From contig JAFWGF010000009.1 of the NCBI GenBank assembly GCA_017512495.1, forward strand, positions 1-58,718: DNA of 58,718 bases, in the 5' to 3' direction. Under the pieces are notes generated by a model, which saw only the letters and a list, made by a program, of their open reading frames with translations, was not told where the DNA came from and ran no database searches. This document shows positions 47,493-58,487 of the stretch, piece by piece. Numbering within the stretch: position 1 is the stretch's first letter; each line of letters opens with the position of its first letter. A program made the translations under genes and the position numbers. The DNA is from Bacilli bacterium. Its GTDB lineage: Bacteria > Bacillota_I > Bacilli_A > RF39 > UBA660.

Positions 47493-48680
47493 CTATTTTA
47501 AAGATTCTCTTACTTCTTTTTTATAAACTTCTACTCCAGGTTGATTAAATGGTTCTATACCAAATAAATATCCACTAAATGCTGCGCTTAGCATAAAGAA
47601 ATACATTAATGATGAAACATTTTCAATAGTTAATTCATCTAATTCAATCTCTATACACGGAACTCCTCCACTATAATGAGCTCTCATTACTGAATCTAAT
47701 ACTAAATTATTTATTTCACTTAATTTTCTACCATTATAATCAATATAATTATCTACTTTAGTCACTTTAATAAATGTTTCAAAGATAATCTTATTACCTT
47801 CCTGAATAAATTGTCCTAGAGAATGTAAATCTCTAGTATGAACATTAGAACTAGGATAAATACCTACTCCTTCTTTACCTTCAGATTCTCCAAATAATTG
47901 TTTCAACCATTCAGTAAAGTAATTCATATTTTCTTCATAAACACAATAATTTTCTACATATTTATTTTTTTTGAACATACACACTCTAGTAACAGCATAT
48001 TCATAAGCTTGATCTAATAATCTTTTTCCCTTGTAATATCCTTTTACTATTCGATCTAAATCATAATTAATTGCGAGAGGTAATAAATGAGCTGGTGTAA
48101 TAAATGAATATCTTCCTCCGATATCATCAGGTATCTCAAATGATTTATAACCCTCTTCGTTTACTTCTGCACGAAGTGGTCCCTTTTCCTTATCAGTAGT
48201 TATAATAATATGTTTCTTTAATTCTTCACCATATTTTCTTTTCAACAAATCTTTTAACACACCATAAGTAATATTAGTTTCCATTGTACTACCACTTTTA
48301 CTAATAACATTTAAACAGAAATTTTTGTTTTCTAAGTAATTTACTAATTCATCTAAATATTTACTTGATAGAGTTGTTCCGGCATAAATAATCTCAAACT
48401 TAGTATCATTAAAGTAATTTCTAAACATCTTATCAAAAGCATAACTTCCTAAGAAAGATCCTCCAATACCTATTATTACTAAACAATCAAAATTATTTTT
48501 AATATATTTAGCAGTATCTTTTAAATCATTTTTTAATTCTTCACTTATTTCTTTAGTCCATCCAGTCATAGCACTTTGATTAAATTTAGTTAATACTTCT
48601 TCCTTCTTATTTAACAATTCATTATAATCTTTTTCATTTACAAATGAATCAACATAAGTATTAAAATCAAATTTTATCAT
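47493..48680 (-). CDS. pgi: Glucose-6-phosphate isomerase
   Basis: GIGGSFLG; SKSGST; GGRYS; QLFGESEGK; FNQPGVE. Confidence 0.96.
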   Translation of the reverse strand: MIKFDFNTYVDSFVNEKDYNELLNKKEEVLTKFNQSAMTGWTKEISEELKNDLKDTAKYIKNNFDCLVIIGIGGSFLGSYAFDKMFRNYFNDTKFEIIYAGTTLSSKYLDELVNYLENKNFCLNVISKSGSTMETNITYGVLKDLLKRKYGEELKKHIIITTDKEKGPLRAEVNEEGYKSFEIPDDIGGRYSFITPAHLLPLAINYDLDRIVKGYYKGKRLLDQAYEYAVTRVCMFKKNKYVENYCVYEENMNYFTEWLKQLFGESEGKEGVGIYPSSNVHTRDLHSLGQFIQEGNKIIFETFIKVTKVDNYIDYNGRKLSEINNLVLDSVMRAHYSGGVPCIEIELDELTIENVSSLMYFFMLSAAFSGYLFGIEPFNQPGVEVYKKEVRESLK

Positions 48681-48738
48681 CTAATCACTCTCCAATTGTC
48701 TTTATTATATCATAAAAAAAGAAGAAAGTCTTCTTCTC

Positions 48739-49203
48739 TTATTTATTATTACCTTCATAAATAATAGCTTCATATAATACATCTACCAAATGATTAGTTG
48801 GCTGTATTTTATATTTATCCATTATTTGATTAAATACATCATTATTATATTCCATATTTAAATATGGGTAAATTAATTCCTTAGAATTATCCAATTCCTG
48901 TAGATAATCTAAAGTATAAGTATCTTCAATTATTAATAGAGGATAATCTTCAGCCCATTGTTTAAATTTATTAATTATAAAATAAATATTATCTACATAT
49001 GTAAACATATTTTTATCATAAGAGATAATTCTTTTGATATCTTCATTTTCAATTAATCTATTTTCTACTCTATAATCAAATCTATCTAATAATTTAATTC
49101 CATCTAATTTTAAAGCACTAAGTTGAGCAATAAAACCTTCCCCAGCACTACTATGAGTAGGAATAACTTCTACTATTATATATTTATCTTTTTGTAAATT
49201 CAT
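48739..49203 (-). CDS. Degenerate DnaQ/PolC-type 3'-5' exonuclease-like protein
   Basis: YIIVEVIPTH...IAQLSALKL...LDRFD resembles YVVFDxETTG...IIEIGAVK...IDRF. Confidence 0.5.
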   Translation of the reverse strand: MNLQKDKYIIVEVIPTHSSAGEGFIAQLSALKLDGIKLLDRFDYRVENRLIENEDIKRIISYDKNMFTYVDNIYFIINKFKQWAEDYPLLIIEDTYTLDYLQELDNSKELIYPYLNMEYNNDVFNQIMDKYKIQPTNHLVDVLYEAIIYEGNNK

Positions 49204-49264
49204 TTTATCACCTAGACTTATTATAAAAAAATTAATTCATTTCTGAATTAATTTTAATTTAATT

Positions 49265-49591
49265 TTATTTTGTTCCATCAACAACATCTTTAACGGTTTC
49301 AACTGCTGTTTGAGCAACTACATCTGCACCAGCATAAACAGTAGCGGCAATTTTAACTTTACTAGAAAAATCACTACAAGCTTCTTGTAATTCTACAATA
49401 TCTGCTTTGATTGCAGCTAATACTGGGACAATTCTAGTAGCGGCTGTACCTCCCCAAGCAGCTGATCCATCATCTCCTATTTGATTTTGTTGTTGCATAT
49501 AATTATCAATAGGATCATCTAATCTTTTTGATTCATCTACTAAAGCTTCTACAGCTTCCTCTAATGAATTATATACTAATCTTCCGTCCAT
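49265..49591 (-). CDS. WXG100-family protein
   Basis: 108 aa helical hairpin; central WGG; C-terminal YAGAD (YxxxD). Confidence 0.75.
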   Translation of the reverse strand: MDGRLVYNSLEEAVEALVDESKRLDDPIDNYMQQQNQIGDDGSAAWGGTAATRIVPVLAAIKADIVELQEACSDFSSKVKIAATVYAGADVVAQTAVETVKDVVDGTK

Positions 49592-49601
49592 AATATTCCT
49601 C

Positions 49602-49913
49602 CTAACCTCTCATTATACCAACATTTTCTTGTTCTGCATCAGCATAATTGTTAGATACTTTTTCCACTGTTGGACCTAACTCCTCTAATTCTTGTAAATG
49701 CCTTTCTAATCTTGGTTCAATATTAGCAAACTTTTCTAAAAAAGCAGTGCTTGCATCACCTTTCCAAGAGTCATTACTTGTTACTTGATTAACTGTATTT
49801 TTCATTTGTGTAAAAATAGTTCTAACATCAGCAGCTATTTGAGTAAATCTATTACCAACGCCTGATAATGCTGATGTATCAACATTTAAAGTTCCTGTAC
49901 CTCTATCTGCCAT
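49602..49913 (-). CDS. WXG100-family type VII secretion target
   Basis: 103 aa; SWKGDAS; C-terminal YADAE (YxxxE). Confidence 0.88.
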   Translation of the reverse strand: MADRGTGTLNVDTSALSGVGNRFTQIAADVRTIFTQMKNTVNQVTSNDSWKGDASTAFLEKFANIEPRLERHLQELEELGPTVEKVSNNYADAEQENVGIMRG

Positions 49914-49997
49914 TGTATCTCCTCCTCTATTTTCATTTTAATATAATTATTAAACATATTCAAGCAACTTTACACTATAAACTATTATACGTGTAAA

Positions 49998-52900
49998 CTA
50001 CTTAGTAATATGTACAACAACATGATGTTCTTTTTTATCATTACTTAAACTAATATTACTTCTTACTTTTTTACCATCTAATTCTATTGATTCCTTACTA
50101 TTCTTATTAACTTCAATATTATAAGTAGTATCTAAATAAGTATAAACAGCTTTATAACCATCCCAAGCAATTGGCAATCTAGGATTTATTTCTAACTTAT
50201 CTCCTAGCTTTTTAATACCTAAAATCTCTTCAATTCCAACTTTATAGAACCAACCAGCTGAACCAGTATACCATGTCCAACCTCCTCTGCCTGGGAAGTA
50301 TTCAGATGAATAAATATCTGCCGCTATTACATAAGGTTCTACTTTATACTTCTCAACAGATTGAGAATTTTTAGTTCTATTAATTGGATTAATCATTTGA
50401 TAATAACGATAGGCACGATCATGATATCCAGCTTTTATTAAAGCCATTAAATACCAAGCAACCGCATGAGTATATTGTCCACCATTTTCTCTAATTCCTC
50501 TTGGATAACTCATAATATATCCAGGATTATTTAAAGATTTTGCAAAAGGTGGAGTAAGTAATTTAACTATTTTGTTCTTATTATCTACTAATTGTTCTTC
50601 AACAGAAGTAATAACCTTTTGAGCTCTATCTTTAGGAGCTACACCACTTAAAATTGAAAAACTTTGAGAAATTAAATCGATTTTACATTCAGTATTTTCA
50701 TGGCTACCTAACTTATCACCATTATCGAAGAATGCCCTTAAATAGTAATTACCATCCCATGTTTTTTTATTTAAGTTATCTTTTAAATTACTATTAAATT
50801 CAACATATTCAGAAATGTCAAACTTAGTATCATATTTCTTCATCATAGTAATAAACATATCAATAACATTATATAAGAAGAATCCTAGCCAAACACTTTC
50901 TCCTTTACCTTTAATACCGACAAGATTCATACCATCGTTCCAATCTCCTCCACCCATTAAAGGTATTTTATGTTTACCTAAACCATTCATAGATAATTCT
51001 AATGATTTTAAACAGTGGTCTAAAAGTGATACTTTTTTATCAGAATAACTAAATACCATTCCTTTTTCATGTTCATAATCACTTAGTTTTTCACCTAAAA
51101 CAAAAGGTATTTTCTCTTTTAAAATATCATAATCACCAGTAGTATTAATATAATTAATAGTTGCATAAACTAACCATAAGAAATCATCTTTATATCTACT
51201 TCTTAAACCAAAATGATTAATTTCATGCCACCAATGAAGAACATCTCCTTCTTCAAATTGATGAGCTGCATTTATTAATATCTGACGTCTAGTATATTCT
51301 GGATTTACTAAGACAATATTCATTGCATCTTGTAATTGATCACGATAACCAAAGGCTCCACTTACTTGATAGAATCCAGCTTTAGCTAAAATTCTAGCTG
51401 AAAGCGTTTGATATAAATACCAACCATTAACTACATAATCAAAGCTCTCATCTGGTGTTTTAACTTGAACAGTACTTAATGTTTTAAGCCATTTTTCTTT
51501 TACAGCTTTCAACTCTCTCTTACAATTGTTTACATCAGTAAATTGTTTAATTAAACTTAAATTTTCTTTATCACTCTTACTGCAACCCATTGTAAAGACA
51601 ATAGTTTTTTCTTCTTCAGCTTTCAAATCAACATTAACTACGATATTTTTAATTAGTATTTTATTACACTCAGCATGACTTATCTTATTTGATGAAGACA
51701 TAAATACATTTATATCACCATAATTAATACTATAAACATTTCGCATTTTCAAATAATTGTCTGCTCCCATAAACTCTGTAAGAATATGTCTAGATGTCTT
51801 TTCTTCAAAATTACCAAAATTAGGATTAATCCAGAATTCAACATCTACTTTAGTATCTTTTTTATGTTTATTTTTTATCTTCATTAAATAGATTTTAGCA
51901 GTAGCTTCTGCTGCTACAAATTCAGTTATTTCATGTTTAAAATCATCTGTTTCACTTTCTAAAACACTATAACCAAATCCATGAGTACATTTTTCAGGAT
52001 CAAATAATTTACCATTAAATTTAAATCCTTCACTTTGATCATTAATAACTGTTTCATTTGTCCATGAAGATATTTTAAATTCTCCAGAATTATAAGCATA
52101 TGTATATCCACAACCATTATTAGTAATGATAGTACCAAAGTTCTCATTAGCAATTACATTACTCCATGGCATTGGAGTATTTTTATTATAGATAACATAT
52201 TCTTTACCATTACTTTTGAAGCCACCATAACCATTATCTAAAATAAGCTTTTCTTTTTTATCATCATTAACATTTACTTCTCTGCTAACTGGCTGATACT
52301 CAGTAATAGTATTATTTTTCTGTAAATCTTCAACCGCTTCTTTTAGACTAATATGATTATCAACAATAAATCTTAATCTAGGAACAATATCCAATAAACT
52401 TTGATCTTCCTTAGTTATATCACTACCATTAATTACAGTAATACTTCCTGGAGTATGATAAAAACTATTCAAAGTATACATACGATACTTTTCTTCTTTA
52501 ACAGTCTTTTCAATAATATCAGCATATTGTCCTTTTTCTTTATTAATAATTATTACATCTACAAAGATTGATTTATTCTTGAAATATTCAAATGCTTTTA
52601 ATATCTCATTAATAAAACTCATACCACTAATATCAGTAATCTCAGCAGTAATAATTGGTCTATCTCCACTAATACCATATTTCCATAAACCTGTTTGACC
52701 TAAAGCATTTTTTCTTAAATAACTCATTCTTTCTTCAGAAACTGAAATTCTAGTCGTTTGATATAAATAATTAAGCATTATGTTAAATGTTCTCATCATA
52801 TCTCCCGATAGATTCATATTCTTAGTATTAATATTATTCATTAAACTAGATACTAAGAATGCTCTTTCTAATTCATAAGTAGTATCATAGCTACTAACAA

Positions 52901-55900
52901 TATCATTAATTTGTTCCCTACTTCTACCAAAACCTACTAACATATAAATTGTCTTTGAACCGTTACTAGGAACTAATATTTGATTTCTTAATGACATTAC
53001 TGGATCAAGATTATCACCAGTATAATTAGATAAATCTTTATTTAAAGCTTCTGCTTCATTTATAAATTTATTTCTACCAATAAAGTTTAATCTTTCAGTT
53101 TCATAAGTATAATCATCTAAAGGATCATCAATAATTAATCTAGTAACCATATAACTACTTAAATTAGATTCTCCCCTAGCTTTTCTTCTAGCAACTAAAC
53201 TATGAGTATCAGGATCATAATCAGTCTTAATAAACATATTATTGAATACTTTATGACTAACATCATTCATATTTTCAGAAAGAATTGGTTCAGTATAACT
53301 AGTTAATTCTAGTTTAATATCTTCATCACTTTCGTTTTTAAATGTAATCTTTCTAATTTCAGCATGATGATTCTTACATACAGCTATTTCAGTTTTAGTA
53401 GAAATATTTTCATCTTTACGTAAGAATTTTATTTTATCTGAAGCAAATACCACTTCATATTTATCAGGCTTAACATTCATTGGTGCATAAGTATTACTCC
53501 AAATGTAATTACTATTTAAATCTTTAATAAACATAAATATTCCATAATCTAATTCAGTAACTTTACGATATCTATTTAATTGTAAAGTTCTATATCTAGA
53601 GAAACTATTACCTCTATCATTCATAATTAAAGAATATTTTTTATTAGACAATACTGACATTTCAGGTAAATACGAAATATAATCAAAGGCACGAATATCA
53701 TTCTCAACTACTTCCTTCTTATAATCATATTTCTTATATCTAGCCATCTTCATATCAATACTTGTCTTAACTTGAACTTTTTCTTTCAATAGAATTTCAA
53801 AAGTTCTAATATTGACATTTGAATGGAAATATTTTTTGATTGCTCCTGATTTTAAGTAATTAGTAATTCCTAATAAACTCATACCTTGATGATGAGCAAA
53901 ATAAGATTTAACTACTCCTCTATTATCATAATCATAAGCCTCATATAATCCATAAATATCATACATTTCTAAATTTTTAAATTTAGATATATTTTCATAA
54001 ACGTCTTCAGGGAACATTTCCATCGCCATTAAAGATGAGTATGGTGATAGAACTATTCTATTTTCTTTATCTTCTTTTGCTTTTAATTGTGGAGTGGCAA
54101 AAGCTTTATACTTATAGTTCAAAGAATTATCCAATTCATTATAAGCAGACTCTGATATACCCCATGGTAATTTATGAGAAACTTTACTAATATACTCTTT
54201 TTGACAGAAATGAGCAAAGTTATAAGATTCATCCATCAAAGTATTATTATAATTTTTCATAAATAACAAAGGCATATAATACTCAAAAGCAGTACCTGAC
54301 CATGAAATAAGTCCTTTATGCCCTTTATAAGTAGTTAATGATTTATCTAATGAAAACCAATGCTTATTAGGAGCATCTCCAAAACAAATAGCCAAATAAC
54401 TAGTCAAACGAGATTCACTAGCAAATTTATTATAATTATAAATAGATAATTTACCTTCAATTTCATCATAACCGATACTAAAGACATCTTTTTTAGTATA
54501 TAACTTTTTGAAATTAGCATTTTTAATTAACTTATCACATAGTTTTACTAACTTCTCTTCCTTTTTTGTTTCTAAGAATTCTCTTGCGACTATAACATTA
54601 GCAATTAAATTACCTGAATCTACTGTAGAAACAAAATATGGAGGTAATACTTTCTTAGTAGTAATATCATACCAATTGTATAAATGACCATGCCATTTTT
54701 CTAAAGATTCAATAGATTCTAAAATCTTACCTAATAAATCAATTGCTTTTTCTTCTTCAATAAAATCTAATTCATAAGCACTAACAACACTACTTAAAGA
54801 ATAACCTATTGCGGTAGGAGAAGTTCTCATATCTAGTTTTTCTTCTCTATTCTCTTGATAATTATCTGGAATTAAATAATTATATTCTTCACATAAATTA
54901 TCTTCAAAATACTTCCATGTTCTTAAAGCTAAGTCTTTAATTTCTTCAATTTTACGTTCTTTTAAATCTACTGAATGATAATCAATAGTTTTACTAACTG
55001 TATATAATACAAATGGTCCAGTTAAGAACACTGCAGCTAATAAATAAGCCAAATAATTATGTGTAACATAACCAATTACTATGAATACAATACTTGTAAA
55101 AATATTAAAACTAAAATTACGAATATAATTCTTCAAACTACCATCAACAGTCTTTTCAACTTCTTCTGCAGTTATCCAATTAAGTAAATTTTTATGACTA
55201 TAGAACAATCTATACATAGTTCTAAAGAAAGCATCCATATATAATCTACTATAATAAGGAATTGTTACAAAAACGATATATGATCTTAAAAGAATACTTC
55301 TTCCACCAAAATATAAATTTTTATAATAAATATCTTTTGTATTCTTAACACGTTTTGCCATTTTACTCTTCAAGAAGAATAAAATTGAAACAGTTACTTC
55401 TAGTATTACAAAACAAATCCAGAATATAGATTGTTCAAAAGTACCAGTAAAAGCTAATAAAAGTGTTAATAATAACATTGGATTTAAGAACATTCTAATA
55501 ATATTATCAAGTATTTTATATTTACCTAATAAATTAATAGGGTTTTTTACTTTTCTACCACTCTTATTCTTAACTCTATTCTTTAGCCAACCAATAATTT
55601 GAACATCTCCACGAGCCCATCTATGCTGTCTAGTAATATCTACTAAAAATTTAGATGGAAAATCATCAATTAATTCAATATCAGAAACATATCCACAACG
55701 TAAATAATTACCTTCTAATAAGTCATGAGATAAAATCAAATTATCTGGGAAAGCATTTTCTAGTACTTTTACAAATACTTCCAAATCATAAATACCTTTA
55801 CCCACAAAACTTCCTTCTGCAAAACAATCTTGATAGACATTTGGAGTAACAGCTGAATAAGTATCAAAACCACCTATTCCAGCAAATATTTGGCTATATA

Positions 55901-57626
55901 AACTTCTATTAGTAGCTTCAATATCAACACTAACTCGAGGTTGCATAATTCCGTAACCTTTAATTACTTTTCTTTCATTTCTATCAAGGACTGGAGTATT
56001 TAATGGATGAGCCATTGCCCCAACTAAATTTAATGCTGAATTAAGTACTAATTTAGTATCAGTATCTAATGTTATTACATATTTAATACCAAGTTTATTA
56101 CCACGAAGTGTATTAGCATTAAAATATTTACGTTCATCTATTTCTTGACCTAATAGAACTTTACTAAATTGTAATAAAGCTCCTCTTTTTCTTTCATATC
56201 CTAAGAATTGATTTTCTTTTTCATTCCATAAACGCTTACGATAAATGAAATAGAACAAATCTTTTTTATACTTATCATTTAACTTAGCAGCATATTCCTT
56301 ACCATAAGCAGATAATTCCTCATCAAAAGGTAGTACTTCTTCATTAGCTGCTTTGACATCTCCTAAAAGAGTAAAATATAAATTATCAGATTTATTTATC
56401 AAATAGAATAATTCTAAAGTATCAAACATCTCTTTAATTTTCTCTTTATTACCTACAATAGTTGGAATAACAACCATTGTTTTTGATTCTTTAGGAATAC
56501 CCTTAGAATAATCTAATTTAGGTAATACTGTTGTTTTAGCAAATCTAATTAAAAACTCATTAATTATTTGACTAAACAATTGACTTATTGGAATAAATAA
56601 AACAATGAAGCCTAAAACACGATATTTAATAAAATACCTAGATAAGAAATAAGTAAACGCTGTAGTAAGCGCAAGTAAAGTAACTATATAAATAACTACT
56701 CTAGCTGTATTTTTCTTTTGTTTAAATAATTGGAATCCTACATGTTTTTTCTTATCAAATATTTTTTCAAGATAAGTATATTCATGCATCTTATGCTTTT
56801 TCGCAAGTTTAACTAGCTTTTCACGATACAATCTTTTAGATTCATTAGTCATATCTTTATAAACAGGATCTGTTAATAATAATTTTTCTGCGCTAGATAC
56901 TTTCTCATATAATTTTTCTAATGAATAATCATTTATTTCTTTCAAATCATTAAAAATATTAGAAATTAAAATATTATTATCAATCTTACTTTGATACTCA
57001 TCATTAATAAGCTCTTTAATACTAACATTATTAGCTTGTAAATGTTCATTTAATTCCTTAAATAATTCATTACTACTACTACCAATTTTATGCAATTGAT
57101 TATTAATCTCAAAAATATAATTACTATTAGTGGCAATATCTAAATTATCAGGTAAAAAAGTTTTTAAAGTAAAATTTTCGTTATTCTTAATAATATTACT
57201 TACAGCTTCTTTATTAACTAACTTTCGACATTCTTCACGACATAAACTATTTAAACGATCGGTATAAATAAGAATCATAGTAGGAATCATATAAGATAAT
57301 TCTTTATAGGTAAAAATCTTATTCGTTTCACTTTGAATATCTTTTAATTCCTCTACTAAATATCTAAAATTAATATTATAGTTTTTCTTTCCAATAATAT
57401 TCTTTAATATAAAATAATTATCTCTTATTATTTTAGAATTTCTTTGTAATTCTTTTTTGTTTAACAAAAGATTATTTTTATGTTCAACTAATAAATAATA
57501 GTTATCAATTAACCATTCATTAGTAATTTCAACATACTCATGATTCTTTGTTTTTTTAACTAAAAAATTATAGTATTCAGTTATATCATTAAAGTCATTA
57601 AAAAATTTTCTGATTAGATTGGCCAT
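49998..57626 (-). CDS. Cyclic beta-1,2-glucan synthase (Cgs/ChvB-like; GT84 + cyclization/glucoamylase-like + GH94 phosphorylase)
   Basis: GYERKRG; YVITLDTDT; SHDLLEG; RQHRWARGD; SWSGTAFEY; PWGISESA; GAFGYRDQLQD; GDWNDGMN; RENGGQYTH; WTWYTGSAGW. Confidence 0.92.
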   Translation of the reverse strand: MANLIRKFFNDFNDITEYYNFLVKKTKNHEYVEITNEWLIDNYYLLVEHKNNLLLNKKELQRNSKIIRDNYFILKNIIGKKNYNINFRYLVEELKDIQSETNKIFTYKELSYMIPTMILIYTDRLNSLCREECRKLVNKEAVSNIIKNNENFTLKTFLPDNLDIATNSNYIFEINNQLHKIGSSSNELFKELNEHLQANNVSIKELINDEYQSKIDNNILISNIFNDLKEINDYSLEKLYEKVSSAEKLLLTDPVYKDMTNESKRLYREKLVKLAKKHKMHEYTYLEKIFDKKKHVGFQLFKQKKNTARVVIYIVTLLALTTAFTYFLSRYFIKYRVLGFIVLFIPISQLFSQIINEFLIRFAKTTVLPKLDYSKGIPKESKTMVVIPTIVGNKEKIKEMFDTLELFYLINKSDNLYFTLLGDVKAANEEVLPFDEELSAYGKEYAAKLNDKYKKDLFYFIYRKRLWNEKENQFLGYERKRGALLQFSKVLLGQEIDERKYFNANTLRGNKLGIKYVITLDTDTKLVLNSALNLVGAMAHPLNTPVLDRNERKVIKGYGIMQPRVSVDIEATNRSLYSQIFAGIGGFDTYSAVTPNVYQDCFAEGSFVGKGIYDLEVFVKVLENAFPDNLILSHDLLEGNYLRCGYVSDIELIDDFPSKFLVDITRQHRWARGDVQIIGWLKNRVKNKSGRKVKNPINLLGKYKILDNIIRMFLNPMLLLTLLLAFTGTFEQSIFWICFVILEVTVSILFFLKSKMAKRVKNTKDIYYKNLYFGGRSILLRSYIVFVTIPYYSRLYMDAFFRTMYRLFYSHKNLLNWITAEEVEKTVDGSLKNYIRNFSFNIFTSIVFIVIGYVTHNYLAYLLAAVFLTGPFVLYTVSKTIDYHSVDLKERKIEEIKDLALRTWKYFEDNLCEEYNYLIPDNYQENREEKLDMRTSPTAIGYSLSSVVSAYELDFIEEEKAIDLLGKILESIESLEKWHGHLYNWYDITTKKVLPPYFVSTVDSGNLIANVIVAREFLETKKEEKLVKLCDKLIKNANFKKLYTKKDVFSIGYDEIEGKLSIYNYNKFASESRLTSYLAICFGDAPNKHWFSLDKSLTTYKGHKGLISWSGTAFEYYMPLLFMKNYNNTLMDESYNFAHFCQKEYISKVSHKLPWGISESAYNELDNSLNYKYKAFATPQLKAKEDKENRIVLSPYSSLMAMEMFPEDVYENISKFKNLEMYDIYGLYEAYDYDNRGVVKSYFAHHQGMSLLGITNYLKSGAIKKYFHSNVNIRTFEILLKEKVQVKTSIDMKMARYKKYDYKKEVVENDIRAFDYISYLPEMSVLSNKKYSLIMNDRGNSFSRYRTLQLNRYRKVTELDYGIFMFIKDLNSNYIWSNTYAPMNVKPDKYEVVFASDKIKFLRKDENISTKTEIAVCKNHHAEIRKITFKNESDEDIKLELTSYTEPILSENMNDVSHKVFNNMFIKTDYDPDTHSLVARRKARGESNLSSYMVTRLIIDDPLDDYTYETERLNFIGRNKFINEAEALNKDLSNYTGDNLDPVMSLRNQILVPSNGSKTIYMLVGFGRSREQINDIVSSYDTTYELERAFLVSSLMNNINTKNMNLSGDMMRTFNIMLNYLYQTTRISVSEERMSYLRKNALGQTGLWKYGISGDRPIITAEITDISGMSFINEILKAFEYFKNKSIFVDVIIINKEKGQYADIIEKTVKEEKYRMYTLNSFYHTPGSITVINGSDITKEDQSLLDIVPRLRFIVDNHISLKEAVEDLQKNNTITEYQPVSREVNVNDDKKEKLILDNGYGGFKSNGKEYVIYNKNTPMPWSNVIANENFGTIITNNGCGYTYAYNSGEFKISSWTNETVINDQSEGFKFNGKLFDPEKCTHGFGYSVLESETDDFKHEITEFVAAEATAKIYLMKIKNKHKKDTKVDVEFWINPNFGNFEEKTSRHILTEFMGADNYLKMRNVYSINYGDINVFMSSSNKISHAECNKILIKNIVVNVDLKAEEEKTIVFTMGCSKSDKENLSLIKQFTDVNNCKRELKAVKEKWLKTLSTVQVKTPDESFDYVVNGWYLYQTLSARILAKAGFYQVSGAFGYRDQLQDAMNIVLVNPEYTRRQILINAAHQFEEGDVLHWWHEINHFGLRSRYKDDFLWLVYATINYINTTGDYDILKEKIPFVLGEKLSDYEHEKGMVFSYSDKKVSLLDHCLKSLELSMNGLGKHKIPLMGGGDWNDGMNLVGIKGKGESVWLGFFLYNVIDMFITMMKKYDTKFDISEYVEFNSNLKDNLNKKTWDGNYYLRAFFDNGDKLGSHENTECKIDLISQSFSILSGVAPKDRAQKVITSVEEQLVDNKNKIVKLLTPPFAKSLNNPGYIMSYPRGIRENGGQYTHAVAWYLMALIKAGYHDRAYRYYQMINPINRTKNSQSVEKYKVEPYVIAADIYSSEYFPGRGGWTWYTGSAGWFYKVGIEEILGIKKLGDKLEINPRLPIAWDGYKAVYTYLDTTYNIEVNKNSKESIELDGKKVRSNISLSNDKKEHHVVVHITK

Positions 57627-57729
57627 ATAACTACACTCCTTACAAGAATTATATCATAAAAATGTGCGAATAACTATAACAAAATGACAAAGAAAAAAAC
57701 TCGCATTCCACGAGTTTAATTTTTCATAA

Positions 57730-57820
57730 TGGCGGAGCAGGAGAGATTTGAACTCTCGCGCCAGTTGCCCGGCCTACACCCTTAGCAGGGGCGCCTCTTC
57801 AGCCTCTTGAGTACTGCTCC
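57730..57820 (-). tRNA. tRNA-Ser(GCU)
   Basis: GGAGCAGTACTCAAGAGGCTGAAGAGGCGCCCCTGCTAAGGGTGT, long variable arm, ...CTGCTCCGCCA. Confidence 0.95.
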
Positions 57821-57844
57821 AGTCCTCAGCGCATCCGCATATAT

Positions 57845-57874
57845 ATTATCGCATATTTTGGCCTTAATTGTCAA
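57845..57874 (-). promoter_or_regulatory. Sigma-A promoter for tRNA-Ser
   Basis: TTGACA (57869-57874), 18-bp spacer, TG-n-GATAAT. Confidence 0.65.
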
Positions 57875-57897
57875 TAATTAATTGATTTTACAACGAA

Positions 57898-58182
57898 TTA
57901 TGATTCTTCTGTTTGTGACATTTTATCAACAGCTAATTGGACGTTATTTATTTGATTATTAAGTGTAGTTTTATACTCTTTTATATTACAAGATAATTGA
58001 TCCCATGAATTTCTAAATGATTGAGCAGATTCACCAGTCCAAGCTCTTCCCTCTACACCTACTGCTTCTACTATTTCATTATCTATTGTATCTAAACTAG
58101 ACTCCGCTTGTTCTACGGCTCTTTTTAATCGATCAATTATAGTTTTAATTCCTTCAAAATCTATTTCATTACTATGTTTCAT
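57898..58182 (-). CDS. WXG100-family protein
   Basis: 94 aa; AWTGESAQSF. Confidence 0.85.
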   Translation of the reverse strand: MKHSNEIDFEGIKTIIDRLKRAVEQAESSLDTIDNEIVEAVGVEGRAWTGESAQSFRNSWDQLSCNIKEYKTTLNNQINNVQLAVDKMSQTEES

Positions 58183-58193
58183 ATAATCATCTC

Positions 58194-58487
58194 CTATTCA
58201 AAATTTGCTCTAGCAGAATCAGCTGCTTCATCTAGTTCTAATATTTTTTCATTTATTATATTACAAAATTCTTTCATTTGTTCTTTAGCATCAACTAAAG
58301 TTTGTTTCTTATTATTATATTTATCAATTATATCTTCGTATAGTTTGATTTCACTACTCTTTAATACTTTTTCTAACTCTTTTAATGAACTATCTATTAT
58401 TTCAATTGCTTCAGAATACTTTTCAGTTTGCTCAGTCGCAAGTTCTAAAGTTGCCTGCATTTCTTGTAAAGAAAAATTTAAAGCCAT
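58194..58487 (-). CDS. WXG100-like helical hairpin protein lacking the WxG motif
   Basis: 97 aa, two long helices; paired with the adjacent WXG100 gene. Confidence 0.55.
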   Translation of the reverse strand: MALNFSLQEMQATLELATEQTEKYSEAIEIIDSSLKELEKVLKSSEIKLYEDIIDKYNNKKQTLVDAKEQMKEFCNIINEKILELDEAADSARANFE

